64,000 nt of DNA from Bryobacterales bacterium (GCA_028819575.1 JAPPLB010000051.1:10978-74977), one strand, 5' to 3'. Positions 1 through 9,711 are shown, counted from the stretch's first letter. The notes: a model not told the origin generated them from the letters alone. A program made the numbers and translations.

Positions 1-571
1 TGTTGTCGCGCAAGTAGTCGAATCCAAACTCGTTGTTTGTGCCGTAGGTGATGTCTGCGCTGTAGCTCTTGCGCCGCTCCTGCTCAGTCAGATCATGGAC
101 GATCACGCCCACCTGCAAACCCAGGAAACCGTACAGCTTGCCCATCCACTCGGCGTCGCGCCGCGCCAGGTAGTCGTTCACGGTAACGACGTGCACGCCC
201 TTGCCTTCCAGCGCGTTCAGGTAGGCCGGTAATGTCGCGACAAGGGTCTTGCCTTCACCGGTTTTCATCTCGGCGATTTTGCCTTCGTGCAGGACGACTC
301 CGCCGATCAACTGAACGTCGAAGTGCCGCATCGCGAGCACGCGACGACCGACCTCGCGGCATACCGCGAACGCTTCGAACAGCAAGTCGTCGAGAGACTC
401 CCCGTTCGAGATTCTTTCCTTGAATTCAGTGGTTTTAGCTCGTAGCTGGTCGTCGCTGAGGTTTTTTACCTCTTGCTCGCGATCATTGATCGCAACGACT
501 ATCGGACGAAGCCGCTTGAGTTCGCGCTCGTGCTTGGTGCCGAAGACCTTGGCAAGCAAATTGTCGAGCAT
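1..571 (-). CDS. secA: Preprotein translocase ATPase SecA, N-terminal part (gene runs off the window start)
   Basis: Absent from the ORF track because it has no stop in the window. Reverse-strand translation from ATG 571..569 reads [25 protein letters not shown]...[64 protein letters not shown]...[17 protein letters not shown]. This is the canonical SecA N-terminal motor domain with its Walker A motif. Confidence 0.9.
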   Translation of the reverse strand, partial: MLDNLLAKVFGTKHERELKRLRPIVVAINDREQEVKNLSDDQLRAKTTEFKERISNGESLDDLLFEAFAVCREVGRRVLAMRHFDVQLIGGVVLHEGKIAEMKTGEGKTLVATLPAYLNALEGKGVHVVTVNDYLARRDAEWMGKLYGFLGLQVGVIVHDLTEQERRKSYSADITYGTNNEFGFDYLRDN

Positions 572-784
572 GGTCTACAGAGAAAGGGCACTTGCCACGC
601 TTTCATTGTACCGTTCACCTTCGGGCTCTCAACCTGACAACACGCCTGCCGTCTTCGAGAGCGTCTCTGTAAAGAGCGATAGCGCCACTGTGTTATCCAT
701 GTACCGTCTACGATCACGAACGCGGTCACAGCCAACCGCATATAATCACGAAAAGACGTTCTCCGCTGCCCCCTCCACAAGCAG

Positions 785-1966
785 ATGAAGATCGATACGC
801 TAGCCGTGCATGCGGGCGACCGCAAGAAGCTCGGCAACTACGTCCCGTCCACGACACCCGTATACGGGACCTCCAGCTTCTTTTATGAGCGCACGGAAGA
901 CCTCGACCGGGTCTTCAATGAAGAGATTGAGGGCCACGGTTACAGCCGTTATGGCAACCCCACCACGGCCGCTCTCGAGGAACTGCTGGCCCGGCTCGAA
1001 GGCGGCGACTTGGCGGTCGCCACGACGTCGGGCATGTCGGCCATTCACCTTGCTCTGATCTCCGCGATGACCGATCGTCGCCGGTCGGTGCTCTGCGCCA
1101 AGGTCATGTACGGCCAGAGCATTACTCTGCTGACGAACATACTCGGGCCGACTGGTGTTGACATCAGCTTCGCCGAACCTTGCGATCTCGACGAATTCGA
1201 GCAAGTGCTTGCAAAAGAGAAGCCGTCCTGTGTGCTACTTGAGCCGGTCTCGAATCCTCTGCTGCGCGTTGCGCCGATCGACAGAATCACAACTCTCGCT
1301 CACGAGCACGGGGCGTCGGTCATCGTTGACAACACCTTCGCAACGCCGGTGTTGCTCCGTCCCCTGGAACTCGGCGTCGACTTGGTTGTGCACAGCATGA
1401 CGAAGTATCTGGCGGGCCACGGCGACCTCATGGGCGGCGCTCTCGTCGCATGCGAAGAGTGGCGTCAGCTCATCACCGTCTTGACGCGCACGCTCGGACC
1501 GAACATCGGCCCCTTCGAAGCCTATCTTGCCATGCGCGGCATCAAGACGCTTCCGTTGCGCATCGAGCGCCAATGTCAAAACGCTTGCCACATCGCTGCT
1601 TGGCTCAAAGCACACCCTCGCGTGAAGAGAGTCTACTTCCCCGGCGATCCGGAACACCCTGACATCGAGACGTCCCGGCGTCTTTTTCGGCGGGATCTCT
1701 TCGGCGGGATGGTCAGTTTCGAGATCAAAGACGCTGGACGGCAGGAGGTATTCGCTTTCATGGATGCCCTGCGGATGATCGTTCCCGCCACGACGCTCGG
1801 CGATGTCCATTCGCTCATGCTTTATCCGGCGATCAGCTCACATCGCGATCTCGCGCCGAAGCATCGTGAGCGCCTTGGCATACGCGACAATCTGGTTCGT
1901 CTCTCCGCTGGCATCGAAGCCGTAGAAGATATTGAAGCCGACCTCGATCAGGCGCTCAAACGATAG
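785..1966 (+). CDS. PLP-dependent Cys/Met-metabolism (trans-sulfuration) enzyme, cystathionine gamma-synthase/gamma-lyase/methionine gamma-lyase family
   Basis: 393-aa ORF. It has the N-terminal DTLAVHAG motif and the PLP-lysine motif SMTKYLAGHGD. Substrate specificity cannot be assigned by eye. Confidence 0.85.
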   Translation: MKIDTLAVHAGDRKKLGNYVPSTTPVYGTSSFFYERTEDLDRVFNEEIEGHGYSRYGNPTTAALEELLARLEGGDLAVATTSGMSAIHLALISAMTDRRRSVLCAKVMYGQSITLLTNILGPTGVDISFAEPCDLDEFEQVLAKEKPSCVLLEPVSNPLLRVAPIDRITTLAHEHGASVIVDNTFATPVLLRPLELGVDLVVHSMTKYLAGHGDLMGGALVACEEWRQLITVLTRTLGPNIGPFEAYLAMRGIKTLPLRIERQCQNACHIAAWLKAHPRVKRVYFPGDPEHPDIETSRRLFRRDLFGGMVSFEIKDAGRQEVFAFMDALRMIVPATTLGDVHSLMLYPAISSHRDLAPKHRERLGIRDNLVRLSAGIEAVEDIEADLDQALKR

Positions 1967-1987
1967 AACTCCAGACAGAAGGACTCC

Positions 1988-3646
1988 ATGCCTGCCGGAT
2001 GCGATGCTGAAAGAGTGCCCGAGAACGGTGCCGCACCCGTTGTGGCAAGCCGGACCACTCTCGCTCAGGTCGACGAAACCGCCTGCTCGCAACCGGGCCT
2101 TTCGCGCCGCCAGCTTCTCCGTGCCACCGCCGGATCGGCCGCGATGCTCCTTCCCACTCGCGGTCTTGCAAAAAAAAAGTCCCCCAAACCGGAGCTCAAT
2201 GTTCTCTTCATCGCCGTCGACGACCTGCGCCCTTCTCTGGGCTGCTACGGGGACCCCGACATCCGCACTCCAAACATCGACGCCCTAGCAGCCAACGGTC
2301 TCACGTTCACGAGCGCCTACTGCCAACAGGCCGTTTGCAGCCCTTCGCGAACCTCGTTGCTCACCGGACTCCGACCCGACACAACCCGTGTCCACGACCT
2401 TCAAACCCATTTCCGCCGATTTATCCGGGACACCGTGACCATCCCCGAGCATTTCAAAGATCACGGCTATGTCACAGCGGGCTTCAGCAAGATTTTTCAC
2501 AAGCCGGAACTTGACGACTTGCAATCCTGGAGCGTCCCCTCCTGGATTCCCGACCACCACGGATGGAATACGGGGGAAAGCCGCCGCTTCGTGCAAGCCA
2601 AGTGGGATGGCCTTCGCTCGAACAACTGGATTTCCAACGAGCGTTTCTATTACGAACCCTCGAAACGCAAGCCCGCCGTTGAAGGACAACGCGGCTGGGG
2701 AATGCGTAGCTGGGAAAGCCGCCGCGTGGCCGACAACCAACTTGCCGACGGTATGACCGCTGATGCGGTCGTCCACGCACTCGGCGAGTTGCGCCGCAAG
2801 CGGTTTTTCCTTGCAGCGGGTTTCTTGAAGCCTCACCTGCCGTTCGTCGCTCCCGAGAAGTACTTCGACCTCTATCCGAAGTCGCAGATCGACCTCGCTG
2901 CTTTCCGCGAACCTCCAGCCGGGGCTCCGCCGTACGCGCTTCACAACTCGAACGAGCTCCGCGGCTACATCAATATCCCTCAGGACGGACCGATCCCCGC
3001 CGATCAAGCCCGCGACCTGATCCGCGCTTACCGCGCTTCGGTCAGTTACGTGGATGCCCAGATCGGCCGGCTTCTGAAGGCCCTGGAAGACCTCCGCCTG
3101 CGAGACAACACGGTGGTCGTTCTATGGGGAGACCACGGTTATCACCTCGGCGACCACGGCATCTGGAACAAGCATACGAACCTGGAAGCCGCCACCCGTG
3201 CCCCGTTGATCGTCAGTGCACCGGGCCGGCTCGGGAAAAACAGGAAGACCTCGGGGCTTACCGAGCTGGTCGACATCTTTCCTGCACTCTGCGAACTCTG
3301 TGGTCTCGACAGGCCCGAAGCACTTGAGGGTTCGAGCTTCGTCCCGTTATTCGACGACCCGGACCGCCTTTGGAAACGTGCGGTCTTCAGCCAGTACCCA
3401 CGTGAAATCCCCGGCGTCGGCGCAGGAATGGGTTATTCGATCCGCACCCGCCGCTATCGCTACACCGAGTGGCGTGCCCAGGACTTTCCCTACACCTCGG
3501 CCGAACTCTACGACTACGAAGCCGACCCCCTCGAAACCCGAAACATCGCCAACCGACCCGAGAATATCAGCCTCGTCAACGGTCTCCAAGGAATGCTCCG
3601 CGAAGGCTGGCGCTCTTCTCTTCCTCCTACGGAAGGCCCTGTCTGA
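1988..3646 (+). CDS. Formylglycine-type sulfatase (iduronate-2-sulfatase-like), exported
   Basis: Sulfatase signature QQAVCSPSRTSLLTGLRPD (C-x-P-x-R) and LWGDHGYHLGDHG. A twin-arginine-like leader SRRQLLRATAGSAAMLL is present. The start codon is uncertain. Confidence 0.85.
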   Translation: MPAGCDAERVPENGAAPVVASRTTLAQVDETACSQPGLSRRQLLRATAGSAAMLLPTRGLAKKKSPKPELNVLFIAVDDLRPSLGCYGDPDIRTPNIDALAANGLTFTSAYCQQAVCSPSRTSLLTGLRPDTTRVHDLQTHFRRFIRDTVTIPEHFKDHGYVTAGFSKIFHKPELDDLQSWSVPSWIPDHHGWNTGESRRFVQAKWDGLRSNNWISNERFYYEPSKRKPAVEGQRGWGMRSWESRRVADNQLADGMTADAVVHALGELRRKRFFLAAGFLKPHLPFVAPEKYFDLYPKSQIDLAAFREPPAGAPPYALHNSNELRGYINIPQDGPIPADQARDLIRAYRASVSYVDAQIGRLLKALEDLRLRDNTVVVLWGDHGYHLGDHGIWNKHTNLEAATRAPLIVSAPGRLGKNRKTSGLTELVDIFPALCELCGLDRPEALEGSSFVPLFDDPDRLWKRAVFSQYPREIPGVGAGMGYSIRTRRYRYTEWRAQDFPYTSAELYDYEADPLETRNIANRPENISLVNGLQGMLREGWRSSLPPTEGPV

Positions 3647-3719
3647 CGAGACGATAGGCGCGTGCACGCTACGTACGCATAAGGCGGCTCGGTATCGACG
3701 AGACCCGGGCCAGCTGCGT

Positions 3720-3910
3720 AACCTGCTTTTATCACCACGCGGCGGGGTGAAGTGCGTGAGAGGGCCGTCAGGACGAGGCGCGAGCCGGGCGGAGGAAAAA
3801 GGCGCGCGCAGGCGTACGTGACCGTACATCGAGCACGGCAAGCAAGCGCAACGAAGTCATGGCGGTCGTGTCGCGTGTTTCTACCTTCGGGTGGTGAGGA
3901 ATGCAGGTTA
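3720..3910 (+). mobile_element. Family-1 MITE-like palindromic element, copy 1
   Basis: Termini TA|ACCTGCTTTTATCACCAC ... GGTGGTGAGGAATGCAGGT|TA. The interior is homologous to the other copies (GGCGAAGTGCGTGAGAGGGCCGTCAGGACGAGGCGCGAGCC...GAGCACGGCAAGCAAGCGCAACGAAGTCATGGCGGTCG). It is intergenic between convergent genes. Confidence 0.85.
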
Positions 3911-4058
3911 GCCATCGCCAAAGCTCTTGCGGCCCTCTCTACAAGTGCGAACCCACTTCCCATAGGAAGGACTCATCCGTCTGAGTGGCCGGACGAATTG
4001 TGCAGGTCGTTGGCAGTGTCACTGGCTGCCGATGGCATGTGCGTGAAGTGAGCCCCGG

Positions 4059-5195
4059 TTACGTGCCGAACAACCCCTTTAAGACACGTGCCGGCCAACT
4101 CAGCACATACCCCAGTCGAAACGTCGGGGAACGGAAGATCCGATATAGCGCGTCGGCATGTTTCCGCTTCAGATTCTCGATCTCCTCGTGCAGCTCGCGG
4201 TTGATTGTCACCAGCTTCCCGATCTCTTCGTGCTGCTCGCGATGGAGCGCCTGCAGCCTGTCGATCTCCTTTTCGTGCTCGCCGATACGCCAGTGGCAAC
4301 CTTCGATCACCAGCGAGAATTCCTTCTCCCTTTCGTAGAGAAACTTCATCTGCCGATCACGCCGCTGGACCGTTATCTTTAATTCGCCAGCATCCTCATT
4401 GCTCAACTTGTGTCCGGCGCGAAACTTGTCCGGCAGAGGTCGCGGCACATAGACCGTACTGTGGTCCGGCGCCGTCTGCTCTTTTGGACGTGATTTCGTA
4501 TAGAAATACACCGCGATCGAGCGGCGCGAGAGATCCTTCCTGTTCTCCGGCAAGTCGATCTTAGGGAACCCGTGCCAGGAGACCTCCGATGTCTCGAAGA
4601 GAACGCAATGATTCGCCAACGGCAAGTACGACTTCACGCGATCCGGCTTGTCGCGTTCCCACGGATCTGAGTGAACCTGCAACGAACCGCCCCATTCCGC
4701 CCTCCATGCCTCATTCAGAAAAAGAATGAGGTTCAGCCGCCGATGCCAACGATTCGTCGGGTGAAAGTTGAAGTCCACATGCGGATCGAGTTCCTGCCCG
4801 TGCCGATTATCGTGGGTCCCGCCACCCACGTATTCCGGGTCATAGAGCAGATTTGGAATGCCCGTGATCCTGCTGATCAGACCCAGCATATCCGGCGATG
4901 CGAAAAGTTCATCAAGCTGCCGGTATGCCTCGCCAAGTGGGGCAAGATTCTCATGAACAGCCTTGCTGCCTACTTCACCGTACTCGTTGAGCGCCTTGCC
5001 ATGGTCGAATGCCGGGAACTCGCGAATCAGCCGATCGAGGAAAGACGGTTCGACGAAGTTTTTGATAAGCACATGGGGAAACGGATCGGCCTTCCGAAAC
5101 TGCTCAGCGAGCAGAGGAACACGCTGCTGAAGATCGCGGGCAAGAATCGAAGTCATTCCGGCCTCATGGTTTCGTGCAGCAACGACCAATGTCAA
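4059..5195 (-). CDS. 2OG-Fe(II) oxygenase superfamily protein with a C-terminal coiled-coil extension
   Basis: N-terminus FPHVLIKNFVEPSFLDRLIREFP and His/Asp-rich core GGGTHDNRHGQELDPHVDFNFHP...WGGSLQVH are typical of prolyl-hydroxylase/Tpa1-like dioxygenases. The last ~90 aa are heptad-rich (EKEIDRLQALHREQHEEIGKLVTINRELHEEIENLKRK). The track start is TTG at 5195; ATG at 5156 is an alternative. Confidence 0.7.
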   Translation of the reverse strand: MTLVVAARNHEAGMTSILARDLQQRVPLLAEQFRKADPFPHVLIKNFVEPSFLDRLIREFPAFDHGKALNEYGEVGSKAVHENLAPLGEAYRQLDELFASPDMLGLISRITGIPNLLYDPEYVGGGTHDNRHGQELDPHVDFNFHPTNRWHRRLNLILFLNEAWRAEWGGSLQVHSDPWERDKPDRVKSYLPLANHCVLFETSEVSWHGFPKIDLPENRKDLSRRSIAVYFYTKSRPKEQTAPDHSTVYVPRPLPDKFRAGHKLSNEDAGELKITVQRRDRQMKFLYEREKEFSLVIEGCHWRIGEHEKEIDRLQALHREQHEEIGKLVTINRELHEEIENLKRKHADALYRIFRSPTFRLGYVLSWPARVLKGLFGT

Positions 5196-5210
5196 GAGGA
5201 CCGCGGTTCG

Positions 5211-5404
5211 CTAGCCTGCATTTCTCACCGCGCGGCGAGGCGAAGTGCGTGAGAGGGCCGCCAGGACTAGGCGTAAGCCGGGAGGAGGGAAAAGGCGCGC
5301 GCAGGCGTACTTGAAAAGTACGTTGAGCACGGCAAGCAAGCGCAACGAAGTCCTGGCTGTCGTATCGTGTGCTTCGACCGTCGGGTGGTGAGAAATGCAG
5401 GCTA
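5211..5404 (+). mobile_element. Family-1 MITE-like palindromic element, copy 2
   Basis: CTAGCCTGCATTTCTCACC...GGTGGTGAGAAATGCAGGCTAG. It has perfect termini and TA on both flanks, and lies in a divergent promoter region. Confidence 0.9.
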
Positions 5405-5639
5405 GACACGGCCCCGGTTCCTGGTCTCCTGCTTTCCGAGAGCAGCTTGGTCTCAACCGGTCTCCGACATCGGACTTTCGCGACGGATTCGCCCTCACGG
5501 AAGAGTTCCACTCGCCCGTCTTGGTCATACTACATATTGCAGTCCTTGCACGCTTTCTCGATCTGCTCCTGACCAGGAAGGAGCAAAAGGGAGCTCTGCA
5601 AAGCCCTATCACCCCAAACAGATGAACTGAGCATCCCCT

Positions 5640-6986
5640 TTGCCCGACACTCCCCATCCCTTCACGTTGAAGCCGCATCGGACGTTCGTCGGCCTCTCCG
5701 CGCCTCTCCTCGTTTCCCTCGTTGCCGAGCCCCTCACCGGTCTGGCAGACACCGCCTTTGTCGCCCGCCTGGACGCTGTCGCCTTGGCAGGACTCGGTGT
5801 AGGAGCAGCCCTGCTCTCGAGCATTTTCTGGATGTTCAACTTTCTGGGAATCGGAACCCAAACCGAAGTTGCCCGCAGCGAAGGTAGCGGGGATATCGAA
5901 CACGCCCGGGTTGCGAATGTCCAAGCGCTCGGTTTGAGCGTCCTCATGGGCGCCGGTATTGGCGGGCTTGTTTGGCTGGTGGTCGATCCACTCGTGCTGC
6001 TCATGGGGGCTGATGGAAAAATCGCGACGGAGGCTCGCGATTACATCACGGTCCGGCTTCTCGGCGCTCCGGCCATTCTGCTGACGGTCGCCTCCTTCGG
6101 CACCCTCCGTGGACTGCAAGACATGCGATCCCCGATGTGGATTGCTTCCGGCCTCAACGTATTGAACATCGCCCTCGACCCGATTTTCATCTTCGGCTGG
6201 GGGCCCGTTCCCGCGATGGGTGTTGCCGGCGCCGCAGCCGCCAGTGTCATCAGCCAGTGGCTCGGTGCGGCTGCCGCAGTCACGGTCGCTATCATTCGGA
6301 TCGGCATCCCGGCTCGCGCCCATCTCTCGCAACTCGGCAAGCTCTTGAAAATCGGCGAGGAGCTTTTTATCCGCACCGCGGCCCTAAACTTCTTCCTTTT
6401 GCTCACCACCCGAGCGGCAACCGAAATCGGCGCCGATGCCGGGTCCGCCCATCAAGCCATCCGTCAAGTGTGGGCCTTCACCGCATTGTTTCTGGATGCC
6501 TTTGCTATCGCGGGGCAGAGCTTGGTTGCGTATTTCCTCGGAGCCGATGAATTTCAACAGAGTCGCCGCGTAGCCACCGTCGTCTGCCAGTGGAGTCTCG
6601 GCTGTGGAGTGGTGCTGGCGATGGTCATGCTCGCCTCGACGGGCCCGGTTGCCCGAGCACTCATCCCGGCGAGTTCCTACGAAGTGTTTCTTGTTCCGTG
6701 GATCATCAGTGCGTTCTCGCAGCCTGTCAGTGCGCTCTCGTTCGGCACTGACGGTGTCCACTGGGGAACAGGCGACTTCCGCTATCTGAGAAACGCGGTT
6801 CTCGTCGCTACCCTAGTGGGCGTCATCGGGCTTCTCTGGATCGATGAGACTAACCGCGCGGCCCTGACGCACACCTGGATCGTCACGGCCGTTTGGAACT
6901 CCATCCGGGCCTCGTTTGGCATCATCCGGATTTGGCCGGGTGTTGGAGCAGCCCCGCTTGCTGCGCGATTAGGCTGCAAAAGGTGA
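5640..6986 (+). CDS. MATE family efflux transporter (DinF/NorM-like)
   Basis: 448-aa polytopic ORF with the MATE-like N-terminus LSAPLLVSLVAEPLTGLADTAFVARLD and roughly 12 hydrophobic segments. The start is TTG and uncertain. Confidence 0.8.
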   Translation: MPDTPHPFTLKPHRTFVGLSAPLLVSLVAEPLTGLADTAFVARLDAVALAGLGVGAALLSSIFWMFNFLGIGTQTEVARSEGSGDIEHARVANVQALGLSVLMGAGIGGLVWLVVDPLVLLMGADGKIATEARDYITVRLLGAPAILLTVASFGTLRGLQDMRSPMWIASGLNVLNIALDPIFIFGWGPVPAMGVAGAAAASVISQWLGAAAAVTVAIIRIGIPARAHLSQLGKLLKIGEELFIRTAALNFFLLLTTRAATEIGADAGSAHQAIRQVWAFTALFLDAFAIAGQSLVAYFLGADEFQQSRRVATVVCQWSLGCGVVLAMVMLASTGPVARALIPASSYEVFLVPWIISAFSQPVSALSFGTDGVHWGTGDFRYLRNAVLVATLVGVIGLLWIDETNRAALTHTWIVTAVWNSIRASFGIIRIWPGVGAAPLAARLGCKR

Positions 6987-7010
6987 CCTCACTCATCTTC
7001 CACGTCGAAA

Positions 7011-7760
7011 CTACCTCGCCTGAAAGGGATTGAAGTTCACGCCTTCGTCGAATACGTCGACGCCTTCCGCTCGTTTGAGCGTGTTCACTACGAGATACGT
7101 CAAGGGTGTCGCCGTCGCTTCATAGATGACCTTCGCGAAGTAGCCGGTGAAGATCAAATTGAGCATGGTTCCCAAGTCATACACTCCGACGAAGATCACG
7201 AAAATCACCACAATCGTATCCACGAACTGACCCACCACGGTTGACCCGATCGTCCGTGTCCATAGATGTTTGCCTTTCGTCAGGAGTTTCATCTTCGACA
7301 TCACGAAGGCATTGGCGAACTCGCCGCACCAATAGGCCACAAGGCTCGCGATCAGCACGCGCGGCACGAATCCGAACACCTTCTCGAACGCGTCCTGGTT
7401 CTTCCATTCAGGGGCCGCCGGCAAGCTGGTCGTGATCAGGGCCATCACGGCTAACAGCGCCGCCGAGAAGAACCCGATCCAGATCGCCCGCCGAGAAGCG
7501 CCATAGCCGTACACCTCGACAAAGATGTCGCCGAAGATGTAGGTGATGGGGAACAGAATCTGTGCGCCGCTCAAAAGAAATGGACCAAGTGTCACCCCGC
7601 CGATCGTAAACGGCCCGATCGCACAAATCTTCTGCGCCACAAGGTTTGACACCAGCAGCACGACCACGAAAGCGTGCACCGCCAGGTCGTAGTACCGGAA
7701 GTTATGGATTTTTTCGTCCGGACTGCCAGAACCGCCCGGTTGATGCATCTCTTGAGCCAT
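7011..7760 (-). CDS. yhhQ: Queuosine-precursor transporter, YhhQ/Vut_1 (DUF165) family
   Basis: 249-aa membrane protein with family motifs VSNLVAQK, FPITYIFGDIFVEVYGYGASRRAIW and GQFVDT. Confidence 0.75.
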   Translation of the reverse strand: MAQEMHQPGGSGSPDEKIHNFRYYDLAVHAFVVVLLVSNLVAQKICAIGPFTIGGVTLGPFLLSGAQILFPITYIFGDIFVEVYGYGASRRAIWIGFFSAALLAVMALITTSLPAAPEWKNQDAFEKVFGFVPRVLIASLVAYWCGEFANAFVMSKMKLLTKGKHLWTRTIGSTVVGQFVDTIVVIFVIFVGVYDLGTMLNLIFTGYFAKVIYEATATPLTYLVVNTLKRAEGVDVFDEGVNFNPFQAR

Positions 7761-7845
7761 AAGCTCTACAGTCTAACGGCACGAGGTTACATGACCCAGG
7801 GATAAGAAACCCTTGGCGCGGACTTCGAGTTGTAGGTCAACTGAT

Positions 7846-8808
7846 TTACTGGTCTTCCTTCCCATAGCGGTCCTGAAACTGATCCAATCGGTCGCGAGTC
7901 AGCTCGCCTCGATGCACAACCAATCGGTAGCGAAACTTCAACGACTCATCCGTGGGAATACGGGTTAAATGCCGTCCTGGATAAGCCGCGTTCTGCATGC
8001 TGCCGCTGGATCGCAGGATCCAGGACTGTGGAAAGCCGGGCGAGGAGGGGTGTGTCAGGACGGTGAGTCCACTGCCGGGTTTGGCGCCATAGGAGCCCGA
8101 GAAGTCCAGCCAGGGGCCGGCCCTGACGGATGTCACGCGTGGGGTGACGGGGCCGTTGTGTCCCAGGAAGCGAATGTCCTTCGGAAGGCGGATGCGTGTG
8201 GAGAATCCTCCATAACCTTTGACGTCCTCGGAGCCGCCGATGCGAACATCGTCTTCCAAAGCCGTCAGCTCGATCGTGAAGTCGATCTTGCGGATGTTGC
8301 CCTCTTGAGCGTGAGCACGGACTGTCGTGGTCTCCTCCACAAAGGGCTTCTGCTTACCTCTGTTGTCGAGCCAGCGGGGAGACTTCCAGTGCAGCTTGAC
8401 CCACACTGCGGCCGACTCCTTTTCGCGAGGAAGGATCTCACTGTCCTGAACTTCCCAGATCGAGTCCTCGTTGATCCACTGATCGCCCACTCGTTTGCCG
8501 TTTACGACGACCTGATGCCAGGCCCAGAAGATTCCTCGGTGGTGTCGATGGTCCTCGGGGAAATCTTCCGTCAGTACGTTGCCGTCGAGGTCATACAAGG
8601 GATGGATGTAGTTCGACCGCTTGTACTTCCCGTTAAGCGATTTTGCCGTTAGCTGATAGAAGAAAACCTTGTCCGGGCCTTCTCGAAAGAGATAGCCTTC
8701 GTCCTCCCTCACGATCGCCATGGACCCGGCCGTAACTGTGTCCGCGGCTGCGGAGACGGCCGGCAACAAGAAGAGGGTTAGCAAGACTGTGGCGTTGAAT
8801 CGTTGCAT
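7846..8808 (-). CDS. Secreted PmoA-like (DUF6807) family protein
   Basis: Only the C-terminal 320 aa of the 656-aa track ORF are plausible. The start is ATG 8808 (MQRFNATVLLTLFLLPAVSAAAD signal peptide). The family-like core is YIHPLYDLDGNVLTEDFPEDHRHHRGIFWAWHQV. The upstream part of the track ORF is antisense to the 8926..9669 gene. Confidence 0.7.
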   Translation of the reverse strand: MQRFNATVLLTLFLLPAVSAAADTVTAGSMAIVREDEGYLFREGPDKVFFYQLTAKSLNGKYKRSNYIHPLYDLDGNVLTEDFPEDHRHHRGIFWAWHQVVVNGKRVGDQWINEDSIWEVQDSEILPREKESAAVWVKLHWKSPRWLDNRGKQKPFVEETTTVRAHAQEGNIRKIDFTIELTALEDDVRIGGSEDVKGYGGFSTRIRLPKDIRFLGHNGPVTPRVTSVRAGPWLDFSGSYGAKPGSGLTVLTHPSSPGFPQSWILRSSGSMQNAAYPGRHLTRIPTDESLKFRYRLVVHRGELTRDRLDQFQDRYGKEDQ

Positions 8809-8925
8809 GGCAAAGGCTCCGTCTGCCGAGTATAACCCTGGGGGACGAGATGTGTTGGCGCATGCGACGTTGGCCTCCGTTGCAGAACGTGAGAGGATAG
8901 AGGCGATCTTCAAAGAATTCGAGAC

Positions 8926-9669
8926 ATGACCCCGCTGGCGCGTTACCGCTTGCCTCTCTTTCTGGCTGTCCCTTTGCTCTGTCTTGCCCAGGGGAAGCCG
9001 TCCTACGACATCTACCGAACAGCCGAGCCCATTATGATCGACGCCCGCCTCGATGAGGCAGCCTGGCAGGCGGCGGTCCCGGTGGGGGACTTCCACTTCA
9101 ACTGGTGGAGCGGGGGAGAGAAGGAGCAGACCGTAGCCAAGATCCTCTGGGACGACGTGAATCTCTACATCGGCTACTACTGCCGCGACAAGAACATCGC
9201 CGCCAATGTCACACGGCGGCACGGCCCCGTCTCTCTCGACGATTGTGTCGAGGCCTTCATCAGCCCGAACCCTGACAAGGTGCATAACTACTACGGCTTC
9301 GAGATGAATGTCATCGGTACGATGCTCAACTTCACGCGCACCGACTGGTGGCGGGGTGGGCGTCGCTCCGAGCCTGTCGGAGTGCGGCTGTGGACGTCGC
9401 ACTACGGCCAATCGCTCAAAGTCGACACCCCCGGCGAGGATCATTGGATTCTCGAAGTTGCGATTCCCTTCAGGAACTTCGAGAAAGACGCGGCGCACAC
9501 ACCGCCCCGCGGCGGCGATCGCTGGCGGCTCAATCTCAATCGTTCCGGCGGGACCACGAACCCGCAGTACAGCACCTGGTCGCCGGTGAACACGGAGCGG
9601 CCGAACTTTCACGTGCCCCAGGATTTCGGCTGGGTGCGATTTGTGGAGACTCTGGTGGAGAAGCGCTGA
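8926..9669 (+). CDS. Secreted carbohydrate-binding family 9-like (DOMON-like) protein
   Basis: Signal peptide LFLAVPLLCLAQG. The pattern IDARLDEAAWQAA...FHF...AKILWDDVNLYIGYYCRD...DCVEAFISP...YYGFEMN...W.LEVAIPF is typical of CBM9-like domains. Confidence 0.6.
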   Translation: MTPLARYRLPLFLAVPLLCLAQGKPSYDIYRTAEPIMIDARLDEAAWQAAVPVGDFHFNWWSGGEKEQTVAKILWDDVNLYIGYYCRDKNIAANVTRRHGPVSLDDCVEAFISPNPDKVHNYYGFEMNVIGTMLNFTRTDWWRGGRRSEPVGVRLWTSHYGQSLKVDTPGEDHWILEVAIPFRNFEKDAAHTPPRGGDRWRLNLNRSGGTTNPQYSTWSPVNTERPNFHVPQDFGWVRFVETLVEKR

Positions 9670-9711
9670 AAAGGGTTCGAAACCGTTCTCAAGCAAGGAG
9701 ATTCCCAAGCA

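Noticed and set aside
572-784. SAM riboswitch or other leader upstream of the PLP-dependent trans-sulfuration gene
   Set aside because: No S-box, SAM-II or SAM-V consensus elements were recognisable. Only a TATAAT hexamer at 741-746 with a weak -35 was found, which is too little to call.
5211-6332. 373-aa minus-strand ORF opposite the MATE transporter gene
   Set aside because: It has the low-complexity Arg/Gly/Glu-rich composition typical of antisense frames in high-GC DNA. It ends inside a repeat element and overlaps a transporter gene that has a clear membrane-protein pattern.
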